Assembly (NCBI GenBank): GCA_002104905.1
Contig: MCFE01000336.1
Span: 28,259 to 92,258 of the forward strand
Direction of reading: 5' to 3'
Source of the DNA: Basidiobolus meristosporus CBS 931.73
Taxonomy: Eukaryota; Fungi; Basidiobolomycota
DNA length: 64,000 nt
In this document: positions 1-11,459 of the stretch, piece after piece
Position numbering within the stretch: position 1 is the stretch's first letter
How the letters are laid out: every line of letters starts with the position of its first letter
Translations under genes and position numbers: made by a program
Notes under the pieces: model-generated
The model's database searches: none
Seen by the model: the letters and a program-made list of their open reading frames with translations, nothing else
Told to the model about the DNA's origin: nothing

Positions 1-171
1 GTAGTTGTATTTCTAGTTTTATTTATGTACATGGGTATGATATTCAGAATATGAGACTGACAAACAAGAATGGGATCTGACTCCCAATATGAAGTATCTA
101 AGCTTCAAGGTTGATGACAACGGAGTACCTCAGCCAAGTGCTGTACACCAAAAATCGCCTAGCTAGTCAGG

Positions 172-1089
172 CTAAATCCCCATAGGATCACCGGCATAAG
201 ACATCTCGCGGTCGCGTTGGGTAATGGGCAGAGTTCCCGCCAGGTCAATGGTTTTCCAGCGAAGGTCCAGCCCGTCCATCCAGGTGATCAAAGGAATAAG
301 GTGGCGATTCAGAATGTGGGGGGTATGGGCGATCTTTTGATATTGCACGTTGGTGTTCAAGTGTTCGTCAAGTTCGGTATGACCAAGCTCCGCATGGAAG
401 CGCTTCAGCACTGCCGATCGAACCAAGGAGTAGTAGATGATATAAATCGCGTAGGTAATGAAGATGGCCAGCAACACGTCCACGGTAAAGTGAAGGTGGG
501 ATGCAATAACGGTATAATAGCCAGCAACTGCATGTAGCAATGCGTACACTTTGAGAACTCGAAAGCGGCCGTATATGATCCAGTTAATCAAGCTGGTGGT
601 CAGGATCATGGTATGCCCCGAGTAGATGTTATCAGTGCAGGACCGATCTGCTCCGACAATCATAAGAGAGCCTCGTGTTAGGAGATCGCGGAAATTGGAT
701 GTGTAGATGGGAACACATTCCTTGGGTGGCGGAAGGGTAGTTGAGACAATGGTGAAGCCTCTGTACAGGTATAGGAACCCAGTAACCCAGATAAACCGGC
801 GCCAAAAGATCAAGCGTTTGCGCCAACTATTTGACAGAATGGTTACACCAACCAGCATAATGCCAAGTGATGAGAACACCATGATATCCGGAACACTATA
901 CGAGGTGATAAAGTTGAACCATTCGAAACCCACATCGCGCAGCGGTTTGTTCGCTTCTCCTGAGCCAAGGAATCGATTGTCGGATACCTGCTGCATGATG
1001 ACCATGAAGTACACTACGATGAAGAGGAAGACCAAGGCGTAAAAGGTCCGCGCTACCTCGGAGTTGATGAATTTGGTGATTTTACTCAT
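172..1089 (-). CDS. Sphingomyelin synthase-like phosphotransferase (PAP2_C family), multi-pass membrane protein, intronless
   Basis: ORF 172..1188; likely ATG at 1089 (MSKITKF). Several hydrophobic helices plus SMS motifs CTDNIYSGHT and HLHFTVDV, and upstream TTLPPP and LRDVGF segments. Confidence 0.85.
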   Translation of the reverse strand: MSKITKFINSEVARTFYALVFLFIVVYFMVIMQQVSDNRFLGSGEANKPLRDVGFEWFNFITSYSVPDIMVFSSLGIMLVGVTILSNSWRKRLIFWRRFIWVTGFLYLYRGFTIVSTTLPPPKECVPIYTSNFRDLLTRGSLMIVGADRSCTDNIYSGHTMILTTSLINWIIYGRFRVLKVYALLHAVAGYYTVIASHLHFTVDVLLAIFITYAIYIIYYSLVRSAVLKRFHAELGHTELDEHLNTNVQYQKIAHTPHILNRHLIPLITWMDGLDLRWKTIDLAGTLPITQRDREMSYAGDPMGI

Positions 1090-2103
1090 GGCCTTCACGA
1101 GCGAAAATGTAGTGTGGCTGGTCGGGAAAGACGAAAAACGGTGGAAGGAAAGACAAGTGTAGAGATTGTTCCTGGAAACCAGCAGCACCGGCTTTCATAT
1201 AAGCTAATAGAAATCCCTGACATAATATGCAGCTTGGAGGGTTGATGATTCTGAATATCAATAATGACGCGCATGAATTATTGTCCCTCAGATCCTGCTA
1301 TGCTCTGTTGAATTATAGCATTCGATTGGTTTCCCTGTTATCATCAACAAAGCATATTTAGCAGATCCTTACAATTACAGATCGGACCCCCTGATCCTAC
1401 ATTGCTTGCTCAACCCAGTGTGAATCAGCATTTAGACTGGCTTAATTATACTCAATTGTTAATGAATGCTCTTCATCTGGATCAGCATGCGGTTCTTCCA
1501 AATAAATATCCTGTAGAAGCTACGTTAATTGAGGCTCAAATCCACCAGTCAACGTTAATGGAAAGCAGTACGCTCATAAGCATGATGAGTACTTCTTACC
1601 TTAAGGAGTATCACTTCTGAAACGATTACGATATGATATCATGTGCATTCCTAGCCTATTAGTGCGCTGGTGAATATGTGCGCCCAGCACAATAGGGAAT
1701 GTTGACACTATGGACCAGCACAATGGCCACATCCAATCGTGATAATGATGACTCGCATGGCTTGTCACAACGACTACTACCAGGTCTCCGGTTGAATCTG
1801 AGATGGCCTATTCAAGGTGCAGAGGTGTGTTAGGAATCACAAGGGGCAAAACCATCCCTACATTACAAACACTAAAATGTACTTGCATTTCGGCAGAGTT
1901 TAACATTGATTACTGGATTCTGTATATTGCATGGTGACGTGAAATGGCAATAACAGTCAACTCTAGCTTGACGTCAGATCATAAAGATTAATGAGCTGGA
2001 GGCCAGTTGTTGAGGTGATACATATTATTACCTGTATTGTGGTGTTGTTAAATGATGTACATAATGGCGGAGAATATTAATTACAACTCAGGCATGTTAT
2101 CGT

Positions 2104-3385
2104 TTACGCTTTAACGACGAAGTCGCATATCTGACATTTCAAAACGGCAGAGGGGTTGAATAAGGTGCATCGAGGGCAGCTCCATTCCGTTGTGTTTTTG
2201 TGTGCCTTGTTGCTACTTGAGCTCTGATCTGAAGGTCGTTCTGTAAGACAGCACTCACAGACCAAAACCAATGGAGGATTGACTAGTGTACATGTTAAGC
2301 ATGTCCATGACTCCCATTCATCATTCATGTCCCGTGATCGTTTCCCCAAAATAGTCTTTTGTTCGGTGCACGAGTCTGGATTGTTGAATACAGGCTCCGA
2401 TGAAGCATTGGCTCCAAAATGATCGTGTCTAGAAGGCTTTGCCTTGAGCCGATCTTTTGCTGAAGAGTTGGTTTCGTTTGGTTGAGTGGATTGTGGTTTT
2501 GGTTTTGGTTCTGGTTCTAGTTCTGGTTCCTCATCAATGCCTATGTGTTCAGTATTTCCAGCGCACCAAATGTTGTCTCGGGCTCGGCGCTCTGCTGCCA
2601 TGGCAGCGAGCATGCGAGGTGTATACAACTTCTCTAGACCTTTGGATAAAGATTTACCACCTAATTTGCGACCATTCGCAGGCCCCATAATTTGCCCAAT
2701 TTGTCGTCGCTTTTCAGCAGCTTCCAAAGCAGCAACGCGAGCAATATGAGGAGGTAAGTCGTGAGAAACACCTTGACCCACCCGGTGTCCAGCGCCGTAA
2801 AATCCTTCTCCGGTAAATCCTTGGACCATGAGGGTTTCACATTCCGTTGTTAGCTCGTCCAGTAATTTGTAGAACTGCTGGTCATGAGGACCTCGTACTA
2901 TATGTGTTAGTTCGTGCAATAGAGTTCCAAGTAAGGATTCGTAAGGCAAGAATTTCGAGTCGTTGCTGGCGGGTCTAAGGCGGATGCAAATTTCTTGGCC
3001 GTAATTTTTATTTAAACCTAGGAGAACAGAACCCAAGAGATATTCTAAGCCAGGCTATCCAAGGAGAACCAGATTCAAATATAAACAATACCAAGCAAGT
3101 TGGGATTCTTTGGGAAAAACTCTCGTAGTGTGCCAACTGACCAACCCCTTTTCTTCATGATGGGTTTTACCTAGAAGGGCAGAAAGGCTCTTTTAGAATC
3201 TTCTACTTATACAAGGTACCTTTGGGGGAGTGAACAGGGTGGATTCCAGATAGACATTTGGTTCGATAGCTAACCTGGGAGGCCATTTGCTGAAGAATCT
3301 TCAAAGCTTCACTCTCATTGGGCTTACGCTTCAACGCTCTAACTGTTCCAAAGTAAGCATCGCTTGTCCCCACCCCGTTAGACAT
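2104..3385 (-). CDS. WSS1: Wss1/WLM DNA-protein crosslink metalloprotease with two C-terminal RanBP2-type zinc fingers; 3 exons
   Basis: Exons MSNGVG...MASQ, VKPIMKKRGWSVGTLREFFPKNPNLL and GLNKNYGQEICIRLR joined by GT-AG introns; HELTH zinc motif; WTCLTCTLVN...CECC and WSCPRCTLFN...CQIC fingers. Confidence 0.92.
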
Positions 3386-4275
3386 GATAATTCTCTATTA
3401 TGAGGTAGGCCTGCACGGAATTTGAAAATTATGGAGACCTGGAAGACACCAGTGAAATTGCGCCTCATTATTTTTATTTGATCAGTTGCAAACAAAATTG
3501 TCTCATTCTTAGGAACTATTGTTTTGAGGGGGGTTGTCCTAAAGGCTGGCATCCCATATACCAGCTCAATCGATGCGCTGGAGGTTTTCTCACATCGACT
3601 GCTGAGTCATATTCAGCTTACCTGTGCTCGTTTTTTTATATTATCGCATGGCTATAGTGCGATATGCACACCAAGGCTGGATGATGATGAATGAATCAAC
3701 AGATCAGGGTCTCCAGAAATCCCTTAATTCTTGGGCAAGTATTCACACGTATGGGTCTAGCAACCCAATCATACCAGCACGCTAGCTAGAGAAGTGAGTT
3801 TTGTCAACCTAGAATTTTATAAAAACAAACTCTATATTTACACCACATGAGAATGAATACATTGACAAGAGTAAGATAATTCAGATAATTTGGAAGGTTG
3901 TAAGTAAAGATAATAAGAAATGTTCAACAAAACATGATTTTCAGCACGGAAAACGAGAAACATCGATCTGAAGCGCGACCAATCCAAAGAGGGGACCATA
4001 ATCACAATCGGTTACTAGACTGCAAGAAAGTCGTAATGGAAACGGGCACTTACGTTGAATGGATTAGTGTGAAGTTCCTATTATCTAGCAAAATGATTAA
4101 ATCACAAGCTTTCTTGGGCAAAATCCTCGGCATCGCTGGCCTCGGCGTGGCCACTTCAAAGATGTCAGAAATCATTAGCTCACGGTTAAATATTAAAAGC
4201 AGTCATTAATGAGCAGCCCGGAAATTATGAACGTAAGTCTATCCGGCAGTGCAAAGTGACTGTGATGCTCCAAGT

Positions 4276-6967
4276 TTAGTTACTTAACGAGCCCCAGTGA
4301 AGCTGAGAGGTCGCAGGCTCTATATACATGCCATTGTTGAAATCTGAGGTGTTCTTTTTACTTGGTGATGGCACGGGCGAAAGAGGTACTTCCTCTAAAT
4401 CCGAATTGGAGTCATGTAGCATAGGAGACAGTGATCTATCTCTGACGCGTTCCCATTCAACTATGTTCTTTTGCATTATCTTCAAGCAATAGGCGATTTC
4501 TTTTGGCCAAAGTCAATGGTGCTTAGTTGCTGCTGCAAGCTGTGAATCATGGCATGGCCCAAATACCTGGAATATTTTCGGCTACGATGCTAAACAGCGG
4601 TAAGGATATTTTCACAATGAAATCAATCTGGCCTTGGGCACGATCTTTCCCAGATTGCTGCGGATTCATTATTAATGGATAACCTCTACTAGCTTCCAGT
4701 GAGGCCTGGAATAGAGTACAAAGATCGGAGGTGAGCTCAAGACCAGTAAAGACTGTCAGTAATTCAAAATATACGGACTTGGTTATGGAACTCATGCATT
4801 AAGCTATCGGTCCATCTCTCAGATATATGATAAGGGCGTGCCTAGAATCTCATGATTAATTTCTGCGAAATCATTACACATTGACTGCTATGTAGTACCG
4901 AGTTGCTAATGTCGGCGCATTTTATGATGGCTGAGGAGAATGCGATACGTTCTAACTCCGGATCGACGATCTTTTGCTCTACTAATCTCTTCTTCTGCTC
5001 CACAAAACTACGTATGTAGTCAAAATGGGCGCTCATATCTGTTGCCAGTATTGCTCTAACCACCAATTTTCGAAACTCTGCACGTGGAAATTATTACCAA
5101 AAATAAGCGAGATATAGAAGAGTATTGGACGCTACCTTTAAATTCTTGGGACGATTGGTCAGTGAAAAAATCGAACCCATGCTTCTTCATGAGTAGGAAT
5201 AAGGACATGGAGTGAAAATTTTCTAGGACTGCTTGGTCATTGTACAGAAGAGCTAGCGGTGTGTTGGCATTGATCATGTACGAATTATTAACCCCAGGGT
5301 GGCCAAGATCGTGAGCCAGACTAGCCACAATGAGGGCAAACACATCGTTCGGCCTCATAAACTCTTGTATACGCCTTTTACCTCCCATAGACGAACGTGT
5401 TGAATGGACCGAGTTATTGCCTATCAGACCAAGTTTTCGGAGAGTGTAATATGATGCTTGTAGTACGTCAACCGCGTGGTAGAAATTGTGATATGGGTTC
5501 AGATCATTATACGAAATTCGTACACTTAGGATAAATCTGTGTAACATTTCTAACAAAGGCATATTGAGTTGACAGAACACTGTAATTGAATGCAAAATTG
5601 GCCTTACCTGTTGACATGTATATATTCTTTAACCCTTTGATTGATAAAGAATCTTGAAAAACTATCAATATACAACGAAGTAGGTCGTCTTCAGATAGGT
5701 CGTAAGGGCAAAACTCCCAATTACAAAGAGCTTCCCTTAGGGTATTTATACGCTCCTGAGCTGAGGTAGAATCCAGCCTGCATAATCAAGAGTACGTAAG
5801 GAACTGCTGTACATACTGTAATAGCGAAACAGCACTTACTGTGGAAATTTTGAAAGGTTAATATCGTTATAAGGCGGCGCGTAATGATTAATAATCATCT
5901 CCTCAAGCCTGAAAGAATATTCTCAAATTCATCAATGCTGAGTTAAAAAAGGCCGAGCAATGTAGAAATCTACCATTTATCCCTTGTCAGCACTTCGCTA
6001 AGTTTGCCTTCGACATCGTGAAGCTCCCCTACCCTCAGACTTAACCGTGCCATCCTTGACGCCGCTTCATCACCGCTATCAGGTGATCGCGTCTGCCGCT
6101 TCATTCTAGATGTATTCTTTTATGGTGATAAATATAAAGATTTATTGTACGTCAGATGAATATATAAAAATGCTTACTAGCCAAAGAGTTTTGATAACCT
6201 GGATGGATACGGGTTTCACTAAATAATCAACCGCTCCAAGATCCAAACAGCTACTCATTAGCTGCGGAGATTCATTACGCGACAACACTATCAAGGTGGT
6301 AACTATTAGGACATAATGCGTGTGTAGAGGAAGGATCAATAGCTTACCGATGGGTATTACGTTTGAAACAACGCCAAGCTCTAGCTCTTTCGCAACCACT
6401 TTGAGAAGCTCAAGACCATAAAGCACGTCAGAATCACCTTCAGAACCGGGTGCTTTTTCACTCAGATTACTCTGCTTAAGATCTGCGTACAGGCTATTCG
6501 AGGTATGGTGGTCAAGGTCGATTAACAGGATAGTATGCCCCACGTGCCCAGATGGCAGATCGTGAAGAAAGGACATGGCCGCGTTTCCTGAAGTGACAGC
6601 AGTGACTGGGTGCGTGATTTTAGTGTGTATGCACTTGACAGGCGTGAGTAACAACTAAGAGAAGTTTACCTTGCTTGTACGTCTCCAAGAGTTGTTGAAT
6701 GAATTCGGCAGCTGCGCGACACTCACGCTTCCGTAATTTCCTGCTCTCAGTGAAATTACTTTCTGTAGAGTTAAAACTACTATCATAGTTCTCTACAGTT
6801 GGTGACGGCTGAGGAGATCCATATGGGGTCAGGTGATAAGTTCCGGCTAAATATAAGCTATCTACAAGAAGTATGGCGCAAGTGTTTGGGTCTGGTCCAC
6901 CAGAAAAGGACGACTTGGGAGGAGATAATGGAGATCTACCACGTCTTAAAAATGATAAACGCATCAC
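4276..6967 (-). CDS. Class I cyclic-nucleotide phosphodiesterase with N-terminal response-regulator receiver domain (RegA-like architecture); multi-exon, 3' end uncertain (may extend to about 4100)
   Basis: Catalytic motifs YHNFYHAVDV, HDLGHPGVNN, ENFH, ATDMSAH, IIKCADISN. Receiver-like segments ILLVDS, ILLIDL, GLELLK, GAVDYLVKPV. In-frame splicing traced by hand (exons 6967-6670, 6605-6348, 6287-6178, then onward into the catalytic domain). Confidence 0.9.
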
Positions 6968-9510
6968 CCTATCGGTTTCCAGTTACTTGCAGCGGGAAAT
7001 GTTTGATGATTCCGCGTTTGACTACTTCCGGTGAGTGGGTTATAGAGACGTGTAGTAGTGTATAGTGGAGTCAACGAATCCACCGACTTGGGCTGGGTCA
7101 AAGTTAAATTGATATTAGGTTTGAAGGCTTGAGTTGTGCAATACGTAGTTTAAGGTGAAGTATGTGTTATGAAGGTCTCAGAAGCGCTGAAATAAATAAG
7201 CTAGTAGCAATATGGGGATAGAAAACGAGGTTGCACTATTATTAAGGTTTGTAAAGGACCAGAGAGAACTCAAAAAAGCAGAAAAGGAGAAGGCTGGGCG
7301 GAAATATCCATATGAAAAATCATAGCATACCTAAAATGGGGCAAGTTAGTTATTCATACGGGATCACAAAGCCGAATCAGTATGAGATTCTTGACAAGAA
7401 ATCTATTGGAGAATGGCTCTTTTATGATGAATTGCTTGTGTACTTGGCTGCCCTATTTGAATGAATGGCCTCTGTATATTTGATATGCCAACGATTGAAT
7501 CAAGATGATGATCATTTTTATTCCTTGTATCGGTGATTTTAATGATGCAATAGATGTTAAGCCTGCGTTGAAGGTTAGTCTGCAGCTGAATGGTGGGAAC
7601 ACCACTGTTGATATCATCTGCCAGATTTGAACACTAACCATTGCAGCTTGTGGCAAAAGGTTATGAATGGAATTCCCATGATCGTCAATCTAAAATCCAC
7701 AAAACTGGTTTACTAGTGTTTGATCTTTTCTTAGACCATTGATGACAGTCAAGTTGGACGAATGCGGGTAATTTTACGTTGTCTTCCATTCTTGATTTAT
7801 GGCTTTGTGCATGTATCCCATGATTCATACCTTCAGTGCGGCCATCCTCCGTCATGTCAAATGAAATAACCCACCAACAGTATGATCATCTGAAAACTAG
7901 AATATTGGTAAAGTTTGGAAACAAACATCGCCATGCACACATGCAATCATCTAACAAGAATTTCAGAGATTGGAGGGTAGAAGGTTCGAATATTCTAGGG
8001 TAGTCCACAGCCCTGCACCGAATAAATCGGCCGGTCTAAGTAACAATACGGAGGATTTAGCCTTACTGGTTTCGGCGTTTCGTGGAATTGTCAAGTAGAT
8101 AGCCCTTAAATAAATGGGAAATGCCTTAGAAATTAATACTTGAATGCATTTGGCTACCGCATTGAGACTTTGGTGAAGAGTTATGTTAACTTGGCTAGCT
8201 TCAATATGGTAATTATAGTTTTACATATTGCCTTTTCCCGGCAGGAGTAAGACCTTATTTAATTTAAGCACGATCTAATCTGCTCGAGACATACTCCCAA
8301 AAGGTAGTTGTTGGACATTTAATAAGGAAAATCCAAAAATCAGGCTTAACCGCGCTGAACAACTACCCCATGTGTGAGGAACAAAGTTATGATCACTGCT
8401 AATCCAATTTAATGCACCATATTTATTGCTTATCTAATCCACGCCCCCAAATTAGCATGCACTTTCCATTAACTATGTTTTCGCCAATATCGATCTAGAA
8501 CAGCTAATAGTTCTAATGGCCTGGGAGTGTGGCATAGGTGGGCTTTATGCTGACATCACCTATTGAGAGGGGAGGATGCCAAGGAACTAATAAAATGGCA
8601 TCATCATCGATAAATTTATATATATATAATTGAATGTCGTCAGTACCCTACTATTCGTGGAATGGCTATTGCCACTGTAAAAGCCATTTTTGCTGGTAAC
8701 ACTAATCAGCCCTAGCTACCCTCCAATCCTTTTGTTGATCATCGACCTGAGTTCCAGTACTTGAAGAGCCTGTAGTTCGTTGAAAGGTATCCAAAATATC
8801 TGCTGAAAATCTAGTCAATATATTGGATTTAGCGGTTCTTTCTGCTATATCTGGCATAGATTGCGTTCCCATTGCTAAAATCCAAACTATCCCTAGGGTG
8901 TTACGACTGGTTACACTAGAATCCCATATGGCCCTGGCCAGAAAACCCCCACAATTCGGATCATTGAAGCCTAATACCATTACAGCAATATTAAGTATTA
9001 AGCTACAGCAGAGAAAGTGCCATCACGTAAAGAGCTTGCGTTTGCTGCGAACTGACTATGAGGGGGATCGGTAGAAGACAGCCAACTAAATTGCCCGATT
9101 GCGCGTATGCTCCATTGTACAGTGCAGAAAATAACTATTCCTATTCATGACCAACTACTGGTAATAGTAATTTAATGTTATTTCCAATCTAAACCGGTAT
9201 TCTTGAGTGGGGACCTGCGTATGCAGATAGATTTGCACGGAGATTAGCTGTTTATAATTATAGTCGGAGGAGGGGGAGTTTCTTTGTGCTTGAAGCCCCT
9301 ATGTGGTTAAACTGCCCTACCATCATTGCGGTATTGATGACTGCTTAATCAAATCAAATATGCAGGGCATAATCGGCTGGAGTTCCATCCTGGGTACTTT
9401 CAGATTCAGTTTATCGATCAATAGATCAAGTTGTCGCTTTCGATATACGGCTACAACATCAATGTTCTAGGCTTTATTGCAGGATCTTAACGAAGGACAG
9501 TATTATACCA

Positions 9511-10362
9511 TTACAAGTCGATGAGTGAAAATGATTCATCAATCTTCTCAGATAAATGGCTATCATCAACAAACGAGAACTTCTTGGATGATACAGTCCA
9601 GACACTCTGTCCAACTGTTACCATCTCAGGCATCAGACCAGTCGTGTTAACACTTTTCCAGGTGCTGGAATCTGCTTCATATACCTTAACGTCCCCTTTG
9701 GGAGTCATGCCGATCACTTTTCTGTTGGACGAGGTGGAGATATGGGAGAATCGGTGCTCCGTTAACTGCCAGCGTCCACCATGATACCAATATGTCAGAT
9801 AGCCCTTTTCTCCTGGAATGTCAAACAATCCGAAGGCCGTCCCGTCTACCGATGACGCGATCTCAATGATCTTTAGATTATTTGGCTTGGGAACCTTCGT
9901 CCATTCGCATTGGTTATACCCCACCTGGTAGTAGCAATACCATAAAGTATTGTGCTTTGTAATCCCCCAGATATGCTCCACATTATGGACATCAACATCT
10001 TGGGTGCTAGCAGAAATCTTCTTGAGCTCTCCATTGATTTGATACCACGAGTCCCCGTTAAAACGAAACACTCCGCTGGACGGCCCGATCCCCCAAGCGA
10101 TATATACATTGAGTGCTGAAAGGTCATAAATAGTACCAGGAAGACGCTTCCACCCCTGCTCCCAATATCTGAGTACTTCACCATCACCAGAGAGTCCCCA
10201 TAAGGAATCATCCTCGCCAGCAGAAATATGTTTAAATTGGTGATCCTCAACTGGCGTCCATTTACTAACGCTGTATTTTCTAGTAGATTTGTAAAGGAAG
10301 CCAGAGGCGAATTGAGTGATTGCCAGGACGCTGACAAAGCCGAAGGGAAGATCGACTTTCAT
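9511..10362 (-). CDS. Secreted tectonin-like beta-propeller lectin, intronless, about 283 aa
   Basis: ATG at 10362 gives a signal-peptide-like start (MKVDLPFGFVSVLAITQFASG), then repeated units such as FKHISAG..SLWGL, LKKISAS..HIWGI, FSHISTS..VIGM, each with a W-x-x-(V/L/I) strand, the tectonin repeat pattern. Confidence 0.75.
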   Translation of the reverse strand: MKVDLPFGFVSVLAITQFASGFLYKSTRKYSVSKWTPVEDHQFKHISAGEDDSLWGLSGDGEVLRYWEQGWKRLPGTIYDLSALNVYIAWGIGPSSGVFRFNGDSWYQINGELKKISASTQDVDVHNVEHIWGITKHNTLWYCYYQVGYNQCEWTKVPKPNNLKIIEIASSVDGTAFGLFDIPGEKGYLTYWYHGGRWQLTEHRFSHISTSSNRKVIGMTPKGDVKVYEADSSTWKSVNTTGLMPEMVTVGQSVWTVSSKKFSFVDDSHLSEKIDESFSLIDL

Positions 10363-11459
10363 TGGTAAAGATGTTACACAGAAATCAAACTCCGCAGGGT
10401 GGTGTTTCCAACGACAAGTACTGCTAGAGCCTAGGGGAAGATGGCAGGAATAAGCAACAGGAACACGACAAGGTTCAGTTTCTCCATGAATAGGACTAGT
10501 TATAAGTAGTGTGGACACACCGTCAACTAGGTCTGGCTCGTTTCAAATTCCCCTCTAGATTCGCAATATCCTTTAAATATGTGGCGAAGTACTTGTCACA
10601 ACTGTGCCCATATTCCCAAACGTTTTAGGAGTGTTTGGGGTTTAGGATATTTCAAAACACATAGGATTGCTATCACGAGGAGAATCCCTCACAATCATGT
10701 CTTCAGCCTTTCCAGAACGAGTACTCAAGCCTATGTATATCCTGCAAAATGCCCGTACCCAATGATTCTTATAGCTTGGGCATGATTATTCACCCAATCG
10801 ATTCACTAAATGCAATAGGTTAATACAGTAAGGCTTACATTTAACCCACCAGCTTTTGGGCTGGCATTTGAGCAGAAGTTCATGGGAACAGTACTTTCCA
10901 ACAAGGACATCATACAGCATTTGAAGTAATGATGTAAAGAAAGATAATGACATACACGTCTCGCAAGAACATGGCCACGGTATCAATAAACCATTATCCA
11001 CACCTGCAGCCAACCCACAAGGATCGAACTCGCGATGAAGGTTTGTGTCACGCATAGGGTGTTATATGAGTATTAATTTTAGTGGACTAATGTAATGTGG
11101 GAAAACGATAAAAGACAATTCGAGGCGAGCAGTATGAAAGTATAGCTTGAAGGGCATAATAAAGAGTTGTAAGCTTGATGCAAACCCTTAGTGATCATAT
11201 GGACCATGGCGACATGCATGTATCAAGAATGAAGATTGTGAGTGAACAATGTCAACACACAGAGCAATGTGTATTTCGAAGGAGGCAAAGCCTTAATCGG
11301 ATTAAAAGAACGAGTCTTGGTATATAGTAGGGATGCTCTGAAATAACCATGGTAGTGATAGGATAAATATATGTATAAGGAAATCGGAATGTATGCAATA
11401 CATTGGGTGCGGAAAATGTTTTTTAGTTCTTTAAGTGTGTATTCGTCGACAATACATAC

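Noticed and set aside
3934-4209. 91-aa + strand ORF
   Set aside because: Lies antisense to the probable 3' end of the PDE gene; no recognisable motif.
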